Shown here: piece after piece, positions 39,812 to 48,563 of the stretch
Layout of the letters: each line of letters starts with the position of its first letter
Numbering within the stretch: the stretch's first letter is position 1
Origin: Octopus bimaculoides
Lineage: Eukaryota
Direction: 5' to 3'
Length of the DNA stretch: 50,788 bases
Assembly (NCBI RefSeq): GCF_001194135.2
Contig: NC_068993.1
Location: 25,213,067-25,263,854, forward strand
Program-made: the position numbers and the translations under genes
Notes under the pieces: generated by a model
Told to the model about the DNA's origin: nothing
What the model saw: the letters and a program-made list of their open reading frames with translations, nothing else
Database searches by the model: none

Positions 39812-42800
39812 TGCACACAGAGGAACAAGGTAAACAATTTTGAGGGGAAATGGTTCAGCTGATTATATGAACTGCAGTATTTTGCAGGTTCTTTATATTA
39901 CTGACCCCTTAAAAATGACTGCAAAGTTGATTTCTGCAGGATTTGAACTCAGAGAACTCAGAATGTAAAGATCCAGAACAACCACCATAAAGCATTTTGT
40001 CTATTACTTTAGTGATTCAACCAATTTCCATTTTCTAACGTGAACTAATAATGGACAATAATACAGAATATTTCAAGGAAGACTATATTAATTCAAGCAC
40101 TTCTTCAGATAAACTTATAATTCTCTCTAAATTAACTCCTATTTGAGAACTACTGGCCAATAGCCAAGCTTATGACTGTACTTCTTAAGATAAGCTCCAA
40201 AAATCTAACATAGTTGTGGTTCCCAGCTAAATCCTGTGTCACCTTATTTATATTACAGATACCATTTAGGAAACTATAGATGTTAGAACTTGCTGTATTT
40301 AAGATCTCAAACTTTGAGTTCTACTGTCTATATTTTAAAGTCATTATAAACACCATATCTTATTCTTGTATATTTGTTTTGTTTTTAAGGCTTACTTTGA
40401 CAGTAATACAGGAATTTGGGAGTTTGGTACAACGATGATGGTGATCCTCATTTTAATCATCTATCTACATCTTGGTATTGAGACATATTCATGGGTAAGT
40501 TTCACTGATTTAACTCTTCACTATAGAATATATTCAATATTTGTTTATCTTATAAACCATTGTTGATAAGCTTCACAAGATCTGATTTCTTTATCATAGT
40601 TGACTGCATATCTATGACTTTTCTAAAAGTTGTAGAGGTTTTAGTGATTGTTTCAACTTATACCTAAGGACAGGTCTTCTGTTATCATGACATCCCTCCA
40701 TTTATTGGCCTTACAAAAGTATTTTTAGAATGTGGTCATTTTACATTCAAATAACAACAATATTACTAATAATTATAATAGAACAAGGAAAATATTGATA
40801 GTACACAAAGCATTTCATTCCCAAGAGTGACACTGATAGGTTGTACTACTTGTCTAGAAGAAAGGGTGGGAGAGGTTTGATCAGTTGCTAAGATTGTGTA
40901 GAAGCAGAGGAAAACAGCATAGGGTGTTATGTAAAAGTTGCCATGGAACCATTGTTGAAATATGTGAAGAAGTCTGGCAATATCAAAATTGATAATTGTG
41001 TAAAGAAAGAAAAACTTAAAGAGGAAAATTACATGAAAAAAGAAATACCATGGAAAGAAAAAAATATGTGCCATCAATTTGCAAGAGGTACGAATACCAA
41101 GACAGATGCAGAAGACCAGTGGTTATGGATGCAGAGGAATGATTTGAAAATAGAAACAGAAGCACTTATATGCACACCACAAGAACAAGCATTAAGGACT
41201 AACTATGTGAACAACAGAATTGACAACACTACTGAGAGTGACAAATGCAGAATGTGTAGTGAGAGAGGTGAAATGGTATGGCACATTGTTAGTGAATGCC
41301 CAAAATTGGTACAACACAACTACAAAAGAGAACATGACATGGCAAAAGTAATCCGAGGACTTCAAACACATGGCATGACCAAACCCCAGGAATTACTGAG
41401 AATAAAGACTGCAGAATCCTGATGCAATGATTCTGTGTGACCATCAGATCAGACATTGGAAATCTGACGTTGTTGTGGTGAACAAAAAGAAAAAAAACTT
41501 TCACGATAATTGACGTAGCATGTCTTGGTGACAACAAAATCAAAGCAAAAGAAGGAGGAAAAGTGAACAGCTATGACAGTTTGAAGTAGGAAATATTCAG
41601 GTTGTGGTCAATGAAGAGAGTGGATACGATATCAATAGTAATTGGTGTGCATGGAAGCATCAGCATTCAACTACCAACTTCAAAAAGATTGGTATACATG
41701 TAAAGATATAACACCTACAAAAATCATCATTGCTTGGAACTGCTTGAGTTCGCCACAGGGTTCTTGAAGCATGATCAGTAAACAAGTGTCACTTTAGTCT
41801 GCTGGTTCTGGATAGCTGACACTATCCATCATACCCTGCAAAATAAGGTGAGAGTTTTCATCAAATAATAAAAAGAAAATGAAGAATCCTTATGAAGATA
41901 GGAACCTCAAGTGATTAAATCTTGCCAATAAAACTAGTTGTAGGACTTTGGAACTGGTTAATATTTTGTTAAACTTTAGGTCATATTTTCAATAAACTGA
42001 ATGTACGATGTATATGTATACAAATATACTCATACATGTTAAGGCATAACTAAATCAGGAGGCCTCAAGTTTGATTTCATGATATAGCACTGTTGACAAG
42101 TGTCTAGTGTCATAGTCTTAGTTTGATCTAAGTTTGGTGTGAAATTGGGTAAAGAAAAAAAAATAGGAACTGAAAATTTGACAGATTGGCTGTACCTGTA
42201 ATTCAAAGGATGAGCCTTGTCACGCATAATGTGGCAAACTGAATCTGACTAGAGATCATATAAGGGATATATACTGTGGAATATTCAACCACTTAGACCA
42301 TAATTCAATGAATTGGTAGTTCTGTTGATTAAACTAATGGAATAATCATAGTTGATGAAATTGACACAAAATTCATCTGTTTCCATGTATGTGTTGAGAA
42401 AATATAGTAGAAAATTATTTATTGGTTTCATCAAATATGGAGGTTTTTAACTTCTTTGATATATATTTAATAAAAATAATTCTTTAACCAAGGTGTCACG
42501 TAAAAAGCATTGCTGTTGATGCTGGTGCCATGTAAAAAGTACTGGTGATGGTACCACAAAAAAAGCACCCAGTACACTCTGTAATGTGGTTTGGTATTAG
42601 GAAGGGTAACCAACCATAGAAACCAAGCCAATACAAACTATGGAACCCAGTGTGGCCCCTGGTCTTGCCAGTTCCTGTCAAACCATCAAACTTATGCCAG
42701 CATTGAAAACAGACGTTAAATGTTGATGATGATGAATTCAAAGGATTGCTTTGTTACAATGGTAGAACATCTGTCATGTGTACAGGATATGTGGCTTCAT

Positions 42801-45800
42801 GTCCCATGAGTAGCATTTGATTTTTTTTCTATCTAAAAAGGTTTTTTCAATCCAATATTTACATGGTATCATTTCATGTTCTCTTGAAGGTTTATAAATT
42901 CTTATAGCATCAGCAAAATTAATGAAAATATCTCCAAGTGCTAGATATCTATAATCAACCATTTTCAGAAACCTCTGAAACCAGAGTACCACACAATTAC
43001 AAAGACATTATTGATAAATTCATCAGCATGATTGGCAAACTCAGGAGATTAATCTCCATCTCTGTTTATCTGATTTCAAACATTGCTTTATAACTAATTG
43101 ATCCTAGCATCTTGACTAATATTTATTGAGAATCACTGAGTAATTTTTTTTTGTTTTCTTTTTCCAGACATGGATCCAATGGTTTCTAATGGTGATAAAC
43201 TTTCTCTTCTTTTGGTGCTGTATGATTGTGGTGCATGCTTTCTGTTTAGATTGTGAACACCCTGGTAATCCTTATTGGGTCATGGAAAACACATTGGCCA
43301 AACCAACTCATGTCTTGATTGTTGTGATTACCTCAGTTATTGCTTTAATTCCCAGGTAAGCAGCAATGATTTTGCATCACTTCCTAATTTTGTTGTTGAT
43401 TTTCCAAAGTTTCTATTTCCAATTCCTCCTCAGATAGAGAGGATACCAGTAATCTTTTCTACTATTTATATAAACTTGATTTGTTTACTTTGAGACTTGT
43501 TTTTCCAGGATTACGTGGGTTAGATGAATATTAATGTGACTTAGTTTTCACCCACATGCTTTCCCTTTCACTAACCTTTAACTGTTTTTCAAATAAGTGA
43601 TCTCTAATTCCACACATCTTCAAAGGTGCAAAGCCAACAGATCATTTGTTGGTAACACTTCAAATGACAATGTCATTGCATGTAGTTCAATGATTTTCAG
43701 AAAAGCACAAATATAAGCATACACGCGTGCACGTAAATAGATATTTATTTACGACAGACTTCTCTCATTTTCTGTTTATGGAATCACAAGGCTTCATTCA
43801 GCTTGGGTCCATATAGGAAACACTTGCTCAAGGTACTTTGCTATGGGACTGAATATAAAATCATTTGCTTGAGAAGTAAACTTTTGATCCATACAGTCAC
43901 GTCTGCACCTGGCCTTGTGTGTGCATGTGTGTGTGTGTGTGTGATGCTAAAAATAATCCAGATCACATGATATGAAACATCACAGAGATATGCCATATAT
44001 CTCCTGTGAGTGTTGTAAGTCATTTGAAGCCACTTGGATTTGTGAATCTCTTTTGTGTTTGGGTAACCCAATGTTTAACTGACAAAATTTTAATGGCCCA
44101 CTTTTCCATTTGCAATTTTTTGCTCAAACATAGAAAAATCACCAAATTTTTGAAAAGAATGATTTAAAGAACAGCAGTTATGTAACCACCTTCATTAGCT
44201 TATGGCTGATTCTGCTATAAGAATCTGTGCACTCTTAGCTGAGTGCTTCTGCAACATCCTGTTCCTCCTGAAGAAGCTGTGTGTGTATACTTATCTGTCA
44301 AATATGTATGCATGTATAGATAGAGAAATGTATGTGTGTAAGTCTTCAGTAAGACTGATGGTTTTCACTTTTCAGTGAGATAACCATTCACTTAGAAGAG
44401 CAACAGTGCTCTGTGATAACAAAACTAGGATGAATGGGTAAAGTAAACAAAGTATGTTTGTAGAAACAGAATGACTCTGGTGAAAAGAAAGTAACACATG
44501 TGGACAGTGGTAAGAGAAAGTGATGTATGTCAGTAAAGAGTTTTTTTATTTTATTTTATTACATATATAACATGTATGCATATGACACATGTATAACAAA
44601 ACCACATTAGAATACAAATCCCAAACCAAAGAAAACGCAAACATGAGTGAAGAAAGAAAAAATGAAAAACAAAAAGAAGAAAGAAAGTAAAAACATCAAT
44701 TCAGCACCAAGTGTCTCAATTGGTCTCACACCACAAGGCTCAATGGAACCTACTGAAGCAAGCCAGCACACTTGCAGTATTACCACAGGTGATGACAAGG
44801 CTAAGGTGTTGGAACAGCCAAGCACCTTCATGGGCATCAACTGACGCCTTGGTAAGGCAAGCCGCCAACAATGACAAGAACTTTGCTGTTAGCGGCCCAG
44901 CCACTCCAGATGTCTAAAACACTACAGGCTGGAAGAAATGGTTCACTGACAAGTCCTGATACGTAAGGATTTTGTTCCATTTGGCTATGGAGGCAGTGAC
45001 CCTCGTTATCTGAGGGGAGAAGTGGTGATGACTGGCAATACAGATCTGATACGATCCTTTACACACAAACCCCATGATGAGCAAGAGAGGTTGCATGGCG
45101 AAAGTAGGAAGGTTATGGATAAGGTATAAAACTAGTGTTATTCCTTGTTGCATAGGCAGCATTTTATAGTGAACAGGAAATGGTAAATGATATATCATCA
45201 TTATTCTGACATCCACTTTTCAATGCTCATATACTTTGAATGGGATTTGTCGAGGCATATTATCTACAGCTGGAAACCCTTCCAGTCACCAACACTCACC
45301 TGTTTCTGAGTAAGGTAATATTTCCTCATGATCAAACTTGTTTCCATAAAAGATTAGAGATGAAGCACACTATCTGCATGATGGTGACACTTATTTACAA
45401 CTGTCATACAATGCCATGGCAAGGCAAGAAGACAGTAACGCGCACACACACACATATGATAGGCTTCTTTCAGTTTCTATCTATAAAATCCACTTACAAA
45501 AGTTTGGCAAGCCTGGAGCTATAGTAGAAGACACTGGTCCATACTGTGGGACTGAACCTGGAACCACATGGCTGAAAAGCAAACTACTTACCACACAGCC
45601 ATGCCTCTGTGTGTGCGTGAGCGCATGCACGTAAACATACAAAGGAGAGAAAGAAAAAAAACAGTAAAATTATTTAGTATTTGCAATTATTTGTATATCT
45701 TAATGAAATATTTTACTCAGTGAAGAGGAAGTTGAAGCAGTTTAAAGATGAGGAAAATGGATAGAAAGTATTTTTAAGTCGAATATGTAGATTAGAAAGG

Positions 45801-46482
45801 ATTTAGACATTAAAATATATATTCTACATAAGGGTTAAAATCCTTCAGTTTATTGACACTGACATTTGAAAAAAATTCTAAATTGGAATGGTTGTGGCAA
45901 CTAACAAACTAACAACACTCTGCAATAACTGTAGGTTGGTTTTAATCTTGGCAAACCTAAATATTTGTGTAATTCAATCTGATTGGTTAGCTCTTCTAAT
46001 AAACTTATACATGAAACATTTTAAAGTGTGTCAGTCTACATGTGTTCCAGTTATGTAAAGCTTATGTTGTTTTAATAATTATTTTATACTTTAGATATTA
46101 TAAAACAAATATAACTTTCTTGAAGGGAATGTAATATATATTGACTGTAAAAACAAATTGATGTTAGCTGACATTCTTGTTTGTGTGTATGAGTGTTTTC
46201 TTTTTCTTAAATGGTGATTTTCCTCCTTTTTCTCATTTTAGGTTCTTATACCGAGTCTTTCAGTGGACATTTTGGCCTAATGATGTGATGAGTATGACGA
46301 AAAAGATAAAACTTCAAAACCAAGAATTGACATCAGAAGATAGTTTAGATATGACAGAAACCACTCCACCATCCGGTTTCAAGCGGAATAGGATTTGGAC
46401 AACAAATACTAGGGAACCACAACAAGTATATCGGCGTCAGACAAGCAGTGAACACATATCACATCCATCAATTTTTAGCTGA
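1492..46482 (+). CDS. ATP10: P4-type ATPase / phospholipid flippase, ATP10 (class V)-like; 5'-partial, 15 exons in window: join(1492-1668,3840-4137,8338-8499,8947-9041,10019-10145,11128-11231,15738-15818,27788-27976,29670-29724,30155-30357,33902-34102,38550-38630,40390-40494,43168-43355,46242-46482)
   Basis: All junctions are GT-AG with consistent phases; total 2307 nt. Motifs: [124 protein letters not shown] and NPYW point to the ATP10 subfamily; the A/B/D paralog cannot be assigned. Confidence 0.95.
1860..2470 (-). mobile_element. Degenerate RTE-clade LINE fragment (ORF C-terminus)
   Basis: Broken minus-strand translation IARK*LQLVEHC... resembles the RRLxxAGHC motif; related to the element at 11325-13850. 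Confidence 0.45.
2478..3765 (-). mobile_element. 5'-truncated RTE LINE (family 1): ORF C-terminus, CT-rich 3' UTR, conserved tail ending in (GAT)n
   Basis: Minus strand [23 protein letters not shown]...FGHVMCMDE...[17 protein letters not shown] (3370-3760); tail with ggatgcccttcctaatgccaacc on + at ~2600; (cat)n at 2478. Confidence 0.8.
3840..4137 (+). CDS. ATP10: ATP10-like exon w2 (N-domain, [15 protein letters not shown])
   Basis: tttaaAG acceptor, GTaaga donor at 4138; phase 0/1. Confidence 0.93.
4477..4795 (-). mobile_element. SINE family S2 (RTE-type tail, (GAT)n end)
   Basis: Near-identical to tails at 35284-35383 and 37540-37712; (cat)n tract 4477-4525. Confidence 0.8.
5533..5761. 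mobile_element. MITE, possibly piggyBac-type
   Basis: Imperfect 14-bp TIRs gcctttggcattta (5536-5549) / taaatgctaagggg (5744-5757); degenerate TTAA-like flanks. Confidence 0.45.
7985..8160. mobile_element. Truncated mariner-derived MITE
   Basis: TA + caagtgggtactgaaaagttcc TIR-like end; internal remnant [20 protein letters not shown] resembles a mariner transposase C-terminus. Confidence 0.55.
8338..8499 (+). CDS. ATP10: ATP10-like exon w3 ([10 protein letters not shown]...YTKGAD)
   Basis: ttAG acceptor 8336-8337, GTtagt donor 8500; phase 1/1; too short for the ORF track, read manually. Confidence 0.93.
8947..9041 (+). CDS. ATP10: ATP10-like exon w4 ([14 protein letters not shown])
   Basis: ctacAG acceptor, GTaagt donor 9042; phase 1/0. 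Confidence 0.93.
10019..10145 (+). CDS. ATP10: ATP10-like exon w5 (EYETW...IEKDFELLG)
   Basis: ttccAG acceptor, GTatgt donor 10146; phase 0/1. Confidence 0.93.
11128..11231 (+). CDS. ATP10: ATP10-like exon w6 ([14 protein letters not shown]...WVLTGDKQ)
   Basis: tgaAG acceptor, GTttgt donor 11232; phase 1/0. Confidence 0.95.
11325..13850 (+). mobile_element. RTE-clade LINE (family 2) with inverted 5' segment, interrupted by a mariner
   Basis: Minus 11890->11325 encodes degenerate RT ([37 protein letters not shown]); plus 11895-12181 and 13432-13850 continue it ([36 protein letters not shown]). Confidence 0.75.
12182..13429 (+). mobile_element. Full-length degenerate mariner (irritans/Himar1-like)
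   Basis: TA TSD at 12180-12181 and 13430-13431; imperfect ~30-bp TIRs; fragments [44 protein letters not shown]; several stops and frameshifts. Confidence 0.88.
13958..15241 (-). mobile_element. Full-length mariner (mellifera-type, DD34D), 1284 bp
   Basis: 30-bp TIRs ttgggttgtccagaaagttcgtgccgattt (13958-13987) and 15212-15241 (1 mismatch); TA on both sides. Confidence 0.97.
14031..15059 (-). CDS. Mariner transposase, uninterrupted 342-aa ORF
   Basis: [25 protein letters not shown] motifs; N-terminus [21 protein letters not shown] typical of the mellifera subfamily. Confidence 0.92.
   Translation of the reverse strand: MEDKKVHFQHLMLFFFRKGKNASQVTKEICAVYGDVSLFERTVRKWFASFRTGDCSLINKERLDRTTTTDDDQIKSLIENNPHCTTRELAKSLNLSKSIVHEHLVKLGYTNRYDVWIPHELSEKNLLDHIYICDSLYKWNENTPCLKQIVIGDEKWIIYRNVQRKRSWSKLHEPPLATPKAGLHPKKVLLCVWWDWKGILYYEPLPSNQTINSEKYCTQLDELKVVIQEKHPELANRKGVIFQHDNARLHVSLGTRQKLLQLGWDVLPHPPYSPDIAPSDFHLFKSLQNSLNGKSFNSLDDIKRYLDEFFAMKPPQFWEEGIFKLKERWRGIVQQNGSYLVD
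15738..15818 (+). CDS. ATP10: ATP10-like exon w7 ([13 protein letters not shown]...)
   Basis: ttcAG acceptor, GTatgt donor 15819; completes TGDKQ|ETA. Confidence 0.92.
15845..16070 (-). mobile_element. SINE S1, 3' half
   Basis: Similar to 17490-17690 in reverse (gcggtgccccagcatggcc... motif). Confidence 0.65.
16378..16806 (-). mobile_element. SINE S1 5' half (tRNA-like head), carrying a templated insertion
   Basis: Reverse complement of the 17311-17470 head; see finding on the duplication. Confidence 0.75.
17311..17690 (+). mobile_element. Full-length SINE S1 (tRNA-like head, ttgggcaagt core, internal (TA/TG)n, tail ...gactgaaacaagtaaaagaa)
   Basis: A-box-like tggctgcacgat and B-box-like ggattcagttc; many dispersed copies in the window (15845, 16378, 27495, 28985, 32586, 43745, 49990, 50470). 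Confidence 0.8.
17810..19078 (-). mobile_element. Full-length degenerate mariner, cecropia/Hsmar1-like
   Basis: TIRs starting ttaggttgtcaagaaagtt, TA TSD at 17808-17809 and 19079-19080; [25 protein letters not shown]...[18 protein letters not shown]; frameshifted. Confidence 0.93.
19701..20959 (-). mobile_element. Full-length degenerate Tc1-family element with DD36E spacing
   Basis: 30-bp TIRs caggggttggacaaaat(g/a)atggaaacacct, TA TSD 19699-19700 and 20960-20961; [16 protein letters not shown]...[18 protein letters not shown]; one frameshift and stops. Confidence 0.93.
21270..22352 (-). mobile_element. RTE LINE family 1 fragment (post-RT region and CT-rich 3' UTR)
   Basis: [42 protein letters not shown]...RVKGRLYDA; same family as 2478-3765. 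Confidence 0.85.
22790..23280 (-). mobile_element. RTE LINE APE-endonuclease fragment
   Basis: [42 protein letters not shown] motifs. Confidence 0.8.
23290..23815. repeat. Compound (TG)n/(TA)n microsatellite with two embedded hairpin units
   Basis: Visible directly; units at 23419-23447 and 23647-23675. Confidence 0.9.
23818..25300 (+). mobile_element. 5'-truncated RTE LINE (family 3), degenerate RT
   Basis: [63 protein letters not shown]; ends in (AAG)n. Confidence 0.88.
25385..25635 (+). mobile_element. SINE S2
   Basis: atgccggtggcac unit, ggttggcgttaggaagggcatcc tail, (GAT)n end. Confidence 0.75.
27495..27700 (-). mobile_element. SINE S1 5' half, diverged
   Basis: Similarity to the S1 head. 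Confidence 0.55.
27788..27976 (+). CDS. ATP10: ATP10-like exon w8 (GLIIDGSTL...CCRVTPLQK)
   Basis: ttcaaAG acceptor, GTaaat donor 27977; phase 0/0. Confidence 0.92.
28985..29380 (-). mobile_element. Full-length SINE S1
   Basis: Head, internal (CA/TA)n and tail all present in reverse. Confidence 0.8.
29670..29724 (+). CDS. ATP10: ATP10-like exon w9 ([19 protein letters not shown])
   Basis: tctAG acceptor, GTaagt donor 29725; phase 0/1. Confidence 0.93.
30155..30357 (+). CDS. ATP10: ATP10-like exon w10 (GDGANDV...HGHWCY...FYKNL)
   Basis: acAG acceptor, GTaatt donor 30358; phase 1/0. Confidence 0.96.
32586..32810 (-). mobile_element. SINE S1 3' half
   Basis: cttgtttcagtcatttgactg...gagcactgccttgaaggg. 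Confidence 0.7.
33902..34102 (+). CDS. ATP10: ATP10-like exon w11 (TM5-TM6; [11 protein letters not shown]...FTSLPP...NPELYKQG)
   Basis: Long polypyrimidine tract + cAG, GTaagc donor 34103; phase 0/0. Confidence 0.94.
34497..35383 (+). mobile_element. SINE S2 with expanded ~62-bp internal tandem array spanning an assembly gap
   Basis: Units at 34505, 34567, 34630, 34689, 34751; S2 tail resumes after the gap and ends in (GAT)n. Confidence 0.75.
35390..35640 (-). mobile_element. Short repeat, possibly a Penelope-like terminal fragment
   Basis: Minus strand has CTGATGA-A-GGAA/AAG/TTCC and CGAAAC pieces; family assignment from memory only. Confidence 0.35.
36243..36771. mobile_element. MITE with ~105-bp imperfect TIRs
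   Basis: gtgaaattctgatttaagcaccc...gaattcata (36243-36349) vs tatgaattcc...gggtgcttaaaccagaatttcac (36667-36771). Confidence 0.75.
37095..37712 (+). mobile_element. Long (apparently full-length) SINE S2 with ~65-bp internal units
   Basis: Palindrome core GTGCC-GGT-GGCAC or variants at 37321, 37386, 37451, 37519; RTE-type tail; (GAT)n. Confidence 0.8.
38550..38630 (+). CDS. ATP10: ATP10-like exon w12 (TM7; [18 protein letters not shown]...)
   Basis: tttttcAG acceptor, GTaagt donor 38631; phase 0/0; read manually. Confidence 0.9.
38865..39095 (-). mobile_element. Diverged S2/RTE-tail repeat
   Basis: ctggatgcccttcctaatacc motif and (cat)n. Confidence 0.6.
40390..40494 (+). CDS. ATP10: ATP10-like exon w13 (TM8; WEFGTT...[10 protein letters not shown])
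   Basis: ttttaAG acceptor, GTaagt donor 40495; phase 0/0. Confidence 0.93.
40785..41875 (+). mobile_element. R4/Dong-clade (RLE-endonuclease) LINE, 5'-truncated, degenerate
   Basis: [41 protein letters not shown]...[15 protein letters not shown] (CCHC + RHD), [24 protein letters not shown]. Confidence 0.85.
42495..42735 (+). mobile_element. Diverged SINE S2
   Basis: ggtttggtattaggaagggtaacc tail and (GAT)n. Confidence 0.6.
43168..43355 (+). CDS. ATP10: ATP10-like exon w14 (TM9-TM10; TWIQW...NPYWVM...ALIPR)
   Basis: ttttccAG acceptor, GTaagc donor 43356; phase 0/2; read manually. Confidence 0.93.
45225..45610 (-). mobile_element. Chimeric SINE: S1 head joined to an RTE-type tail
   Basis: S1 head reversed at 45465-45605; ctacagctggaaacccttcc at ~45265 instead of the S1 tail. 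Confidence 0.6.
46242..46482 (+). CDS. ATP10: ATP10-like terminal coding exon w15 (R|[12 protein letters not shown]...HPSIFS*)
   Basis: ttttAG acceptor 46240-46241, phase 2, TGA ending at 46482. Confidence 0.85.
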
Positions 46483-47193
46483 CATCTTCATGTTCATGTT
46501 TTCTGTAGAGTTGTTCATTTTTATTTTTTTATACATTCATACTCAGTGGTTAGGCCGGACGTAAGGAGAAGAGGAGTGAGATTGATTGTATGTGTGTATG
46601 TTGACCTCTTCTTTTGTAGAGGCATTCAAATTCTTTTACAACCTTTCATTTCATGAAACTTTTACCTTCAGTATAATTTTTATAAGTCCAATGCCCTGAA
46701 GGATCACAGAGAAGTGAATGATGCTGTAAAAGGTTTTGAAATATACACACAAACACACATAATGGTATAATTATTGCAACAGAAAATGCATGAACGTTTT
46801 TAAGGGTCAAAATATTGACCCACCCCAGTAAAATATTTTTACATATCATGACTTGGTTACTGCAATTAATGTCATCTACATCAACAATGCTGTGACAAGA
46901 AAAGACAATTTCCTTTTTCCGTGTTACTTTGTACTCAGATAGTCAATGACAACTCCACTGTCCAAATGTTTACAATGTTCTATGTACAATTTTATCAACT
47001 TTAAATAAGCTGAGTCTTTCCTTTTAATGTCATGACTGCTTTGAAAATTGTCTGGAACCAAAGGACATCATGAGGAAATTGTCTTTTTCTTCTTTTTTTT
47101 TTCTGAATGTGAATGGGTGATTATTAGATATACTAAGTGACTGTAAATGTTTTTTGATGTGTTTTATTTTTTTATTTCCAATGTGAATCTTTA

Positions 47194-47199
47194 AATAAA
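47194..47199 (+). promoter_or_regulatory. Candidate polyadenylation signal AATAAA of the ATP10-like gene
   Basis: Canonical hexamer about 710 nt after the stop in an AT-rich 3' UTR; chance occurrence is likely and there is no transcript evidence. Confidence 0.3.
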
Positions 47200-48330
47200 A
47201 CAAAAAATTATTTTTGTAACTCATTACATTCTTAAAAGACTAAAAAATATTAAAGCAAAAAAAAAAAAAAGAAAACCTAACAACATCCAAAATCTTTCTC
47301 TTCTTGAAATTTGCATCAAACTCATAAGTATGTATTAAGAGTGAGATTATAAATCAAGCCTGGTTGGTGTACAACTGGAAACCAAGGAAATTTAAACATT
47401 TAAATTCAAATATATATTTGCACGAGTGTATATATATTTATATACACGTGACAGATCTCCATCTATGTGATTCTACTCACAAAGCGATGGCTGAAAACTT
47501 TGCCCAAGTGTGTTACAGTAGATTTAATGAATATGGGAGGCAGACCCTAAACACTTGAGTTTAATTCCACCATAATCTTGATCTGGTACTGTGTCTATAC
47601 TTGTAACCCCTGAAGGAAGTACATAGAGTTTGTAAATCTCCACTTTAACATAGGTAATTATGTTTTGTAAATATTATCCATGTATCCTGTCACACTTTTT
47701 AGATGGTGGGATTGCTCTGATATTTGCCTGTAAATTGTTGAAGCAAATATTCTATTGTTGGATGGATGCCCTAATCCTAACTACTCAATTCACTGCCATT
47801 GATAGGATTTCAACTACTTGAGTGGTCAGTCACTGAACTAACTTTTTTATCATTTTCTCTTTGGCCAAGTTAGAAGCAGATGTCATACAATAAAGAAATC
47901 AGTGCATGTTGAAGCCAATGTACCACATACACATACATGGATCTATGTATGTATATATATATATATATATATATAATAATATTAGGGACAAAATCCAAAA
48001 TTACAGGTAAAAAACTCAATTAAAATCAATTTATAAAAAATTAAAATTAAATTGAGCCTTATAGATAAAGTATATATAAAATATATAGTTTTAGGGAAAA
48101 TAACCAATTTTCAAGAACTCATCGATGAAAATCCACTATCACATATAGAAAAATTAATAATTAAAAGCACAATAAATTAGTATAATATAAAGTAAAGTAA
48201 ATATCATAAGATAAATATAATAAAAANNNNNNNNNNNNNNNNNNNNNNNNNNNNNNNNNNNNNNNNNNNNNNNNNNNNNNNNNNNNNNNNNNNNNNNNNN
48301 NNNNNNNNNNNNNNNNNNNNNNNNNNNNNN

Positions 48331-48528
48331 ATATATTTTGATTGACCGTTGACTGAACACTATTCAATTTTTTTTCTCCGTGTTTTTCTCCTTGTCTCCG
48401 TATTCTTTCTGTTGAAGAGCGTAGCTCGAAACGTCAAAGACTTTCCGTATTCCCGAGCGTCATACTAATATATACTTTTGTTATTTACACCACCTGTCCT
48501 CGTCTGTTGTTATTTTTTGTATATTCTC

Positions 48529-48531
<3 letters not shown>
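48331..48531 (+). mobile_element. Probable Penelope-like (PLE) terminal fragment carrying a hammerhead motif
   Basis: Flanked by a gap and (TA)n; assignment inferred from the minimal hammerhead architecture characteristic of PLEs. Confidence 0.5.
48404..48440 (+). ncRNA. Minimal type-I hammerhead ribozyme variant (A6U, extra A after A9)
   Basis: UCUUU | CUGUUGA A | GAGC-GUA-GCUC | GAAAC | GUC | AAAGA: stem I, stem II, palindromic ACGU stem III, GUC cleavage triplet. Confidence 0.6.

Positions 48532-48563
<32 letters not shown>

Noticed and set aside
45025-45100. C/D-box snoRNA-like pattern (GTGATGA 45025, CTGA 45046, ATGATGA 45074)
   Set aside because: There is no terminal D box at a suitable distance, no terminal stem, and no verifiable guide target.
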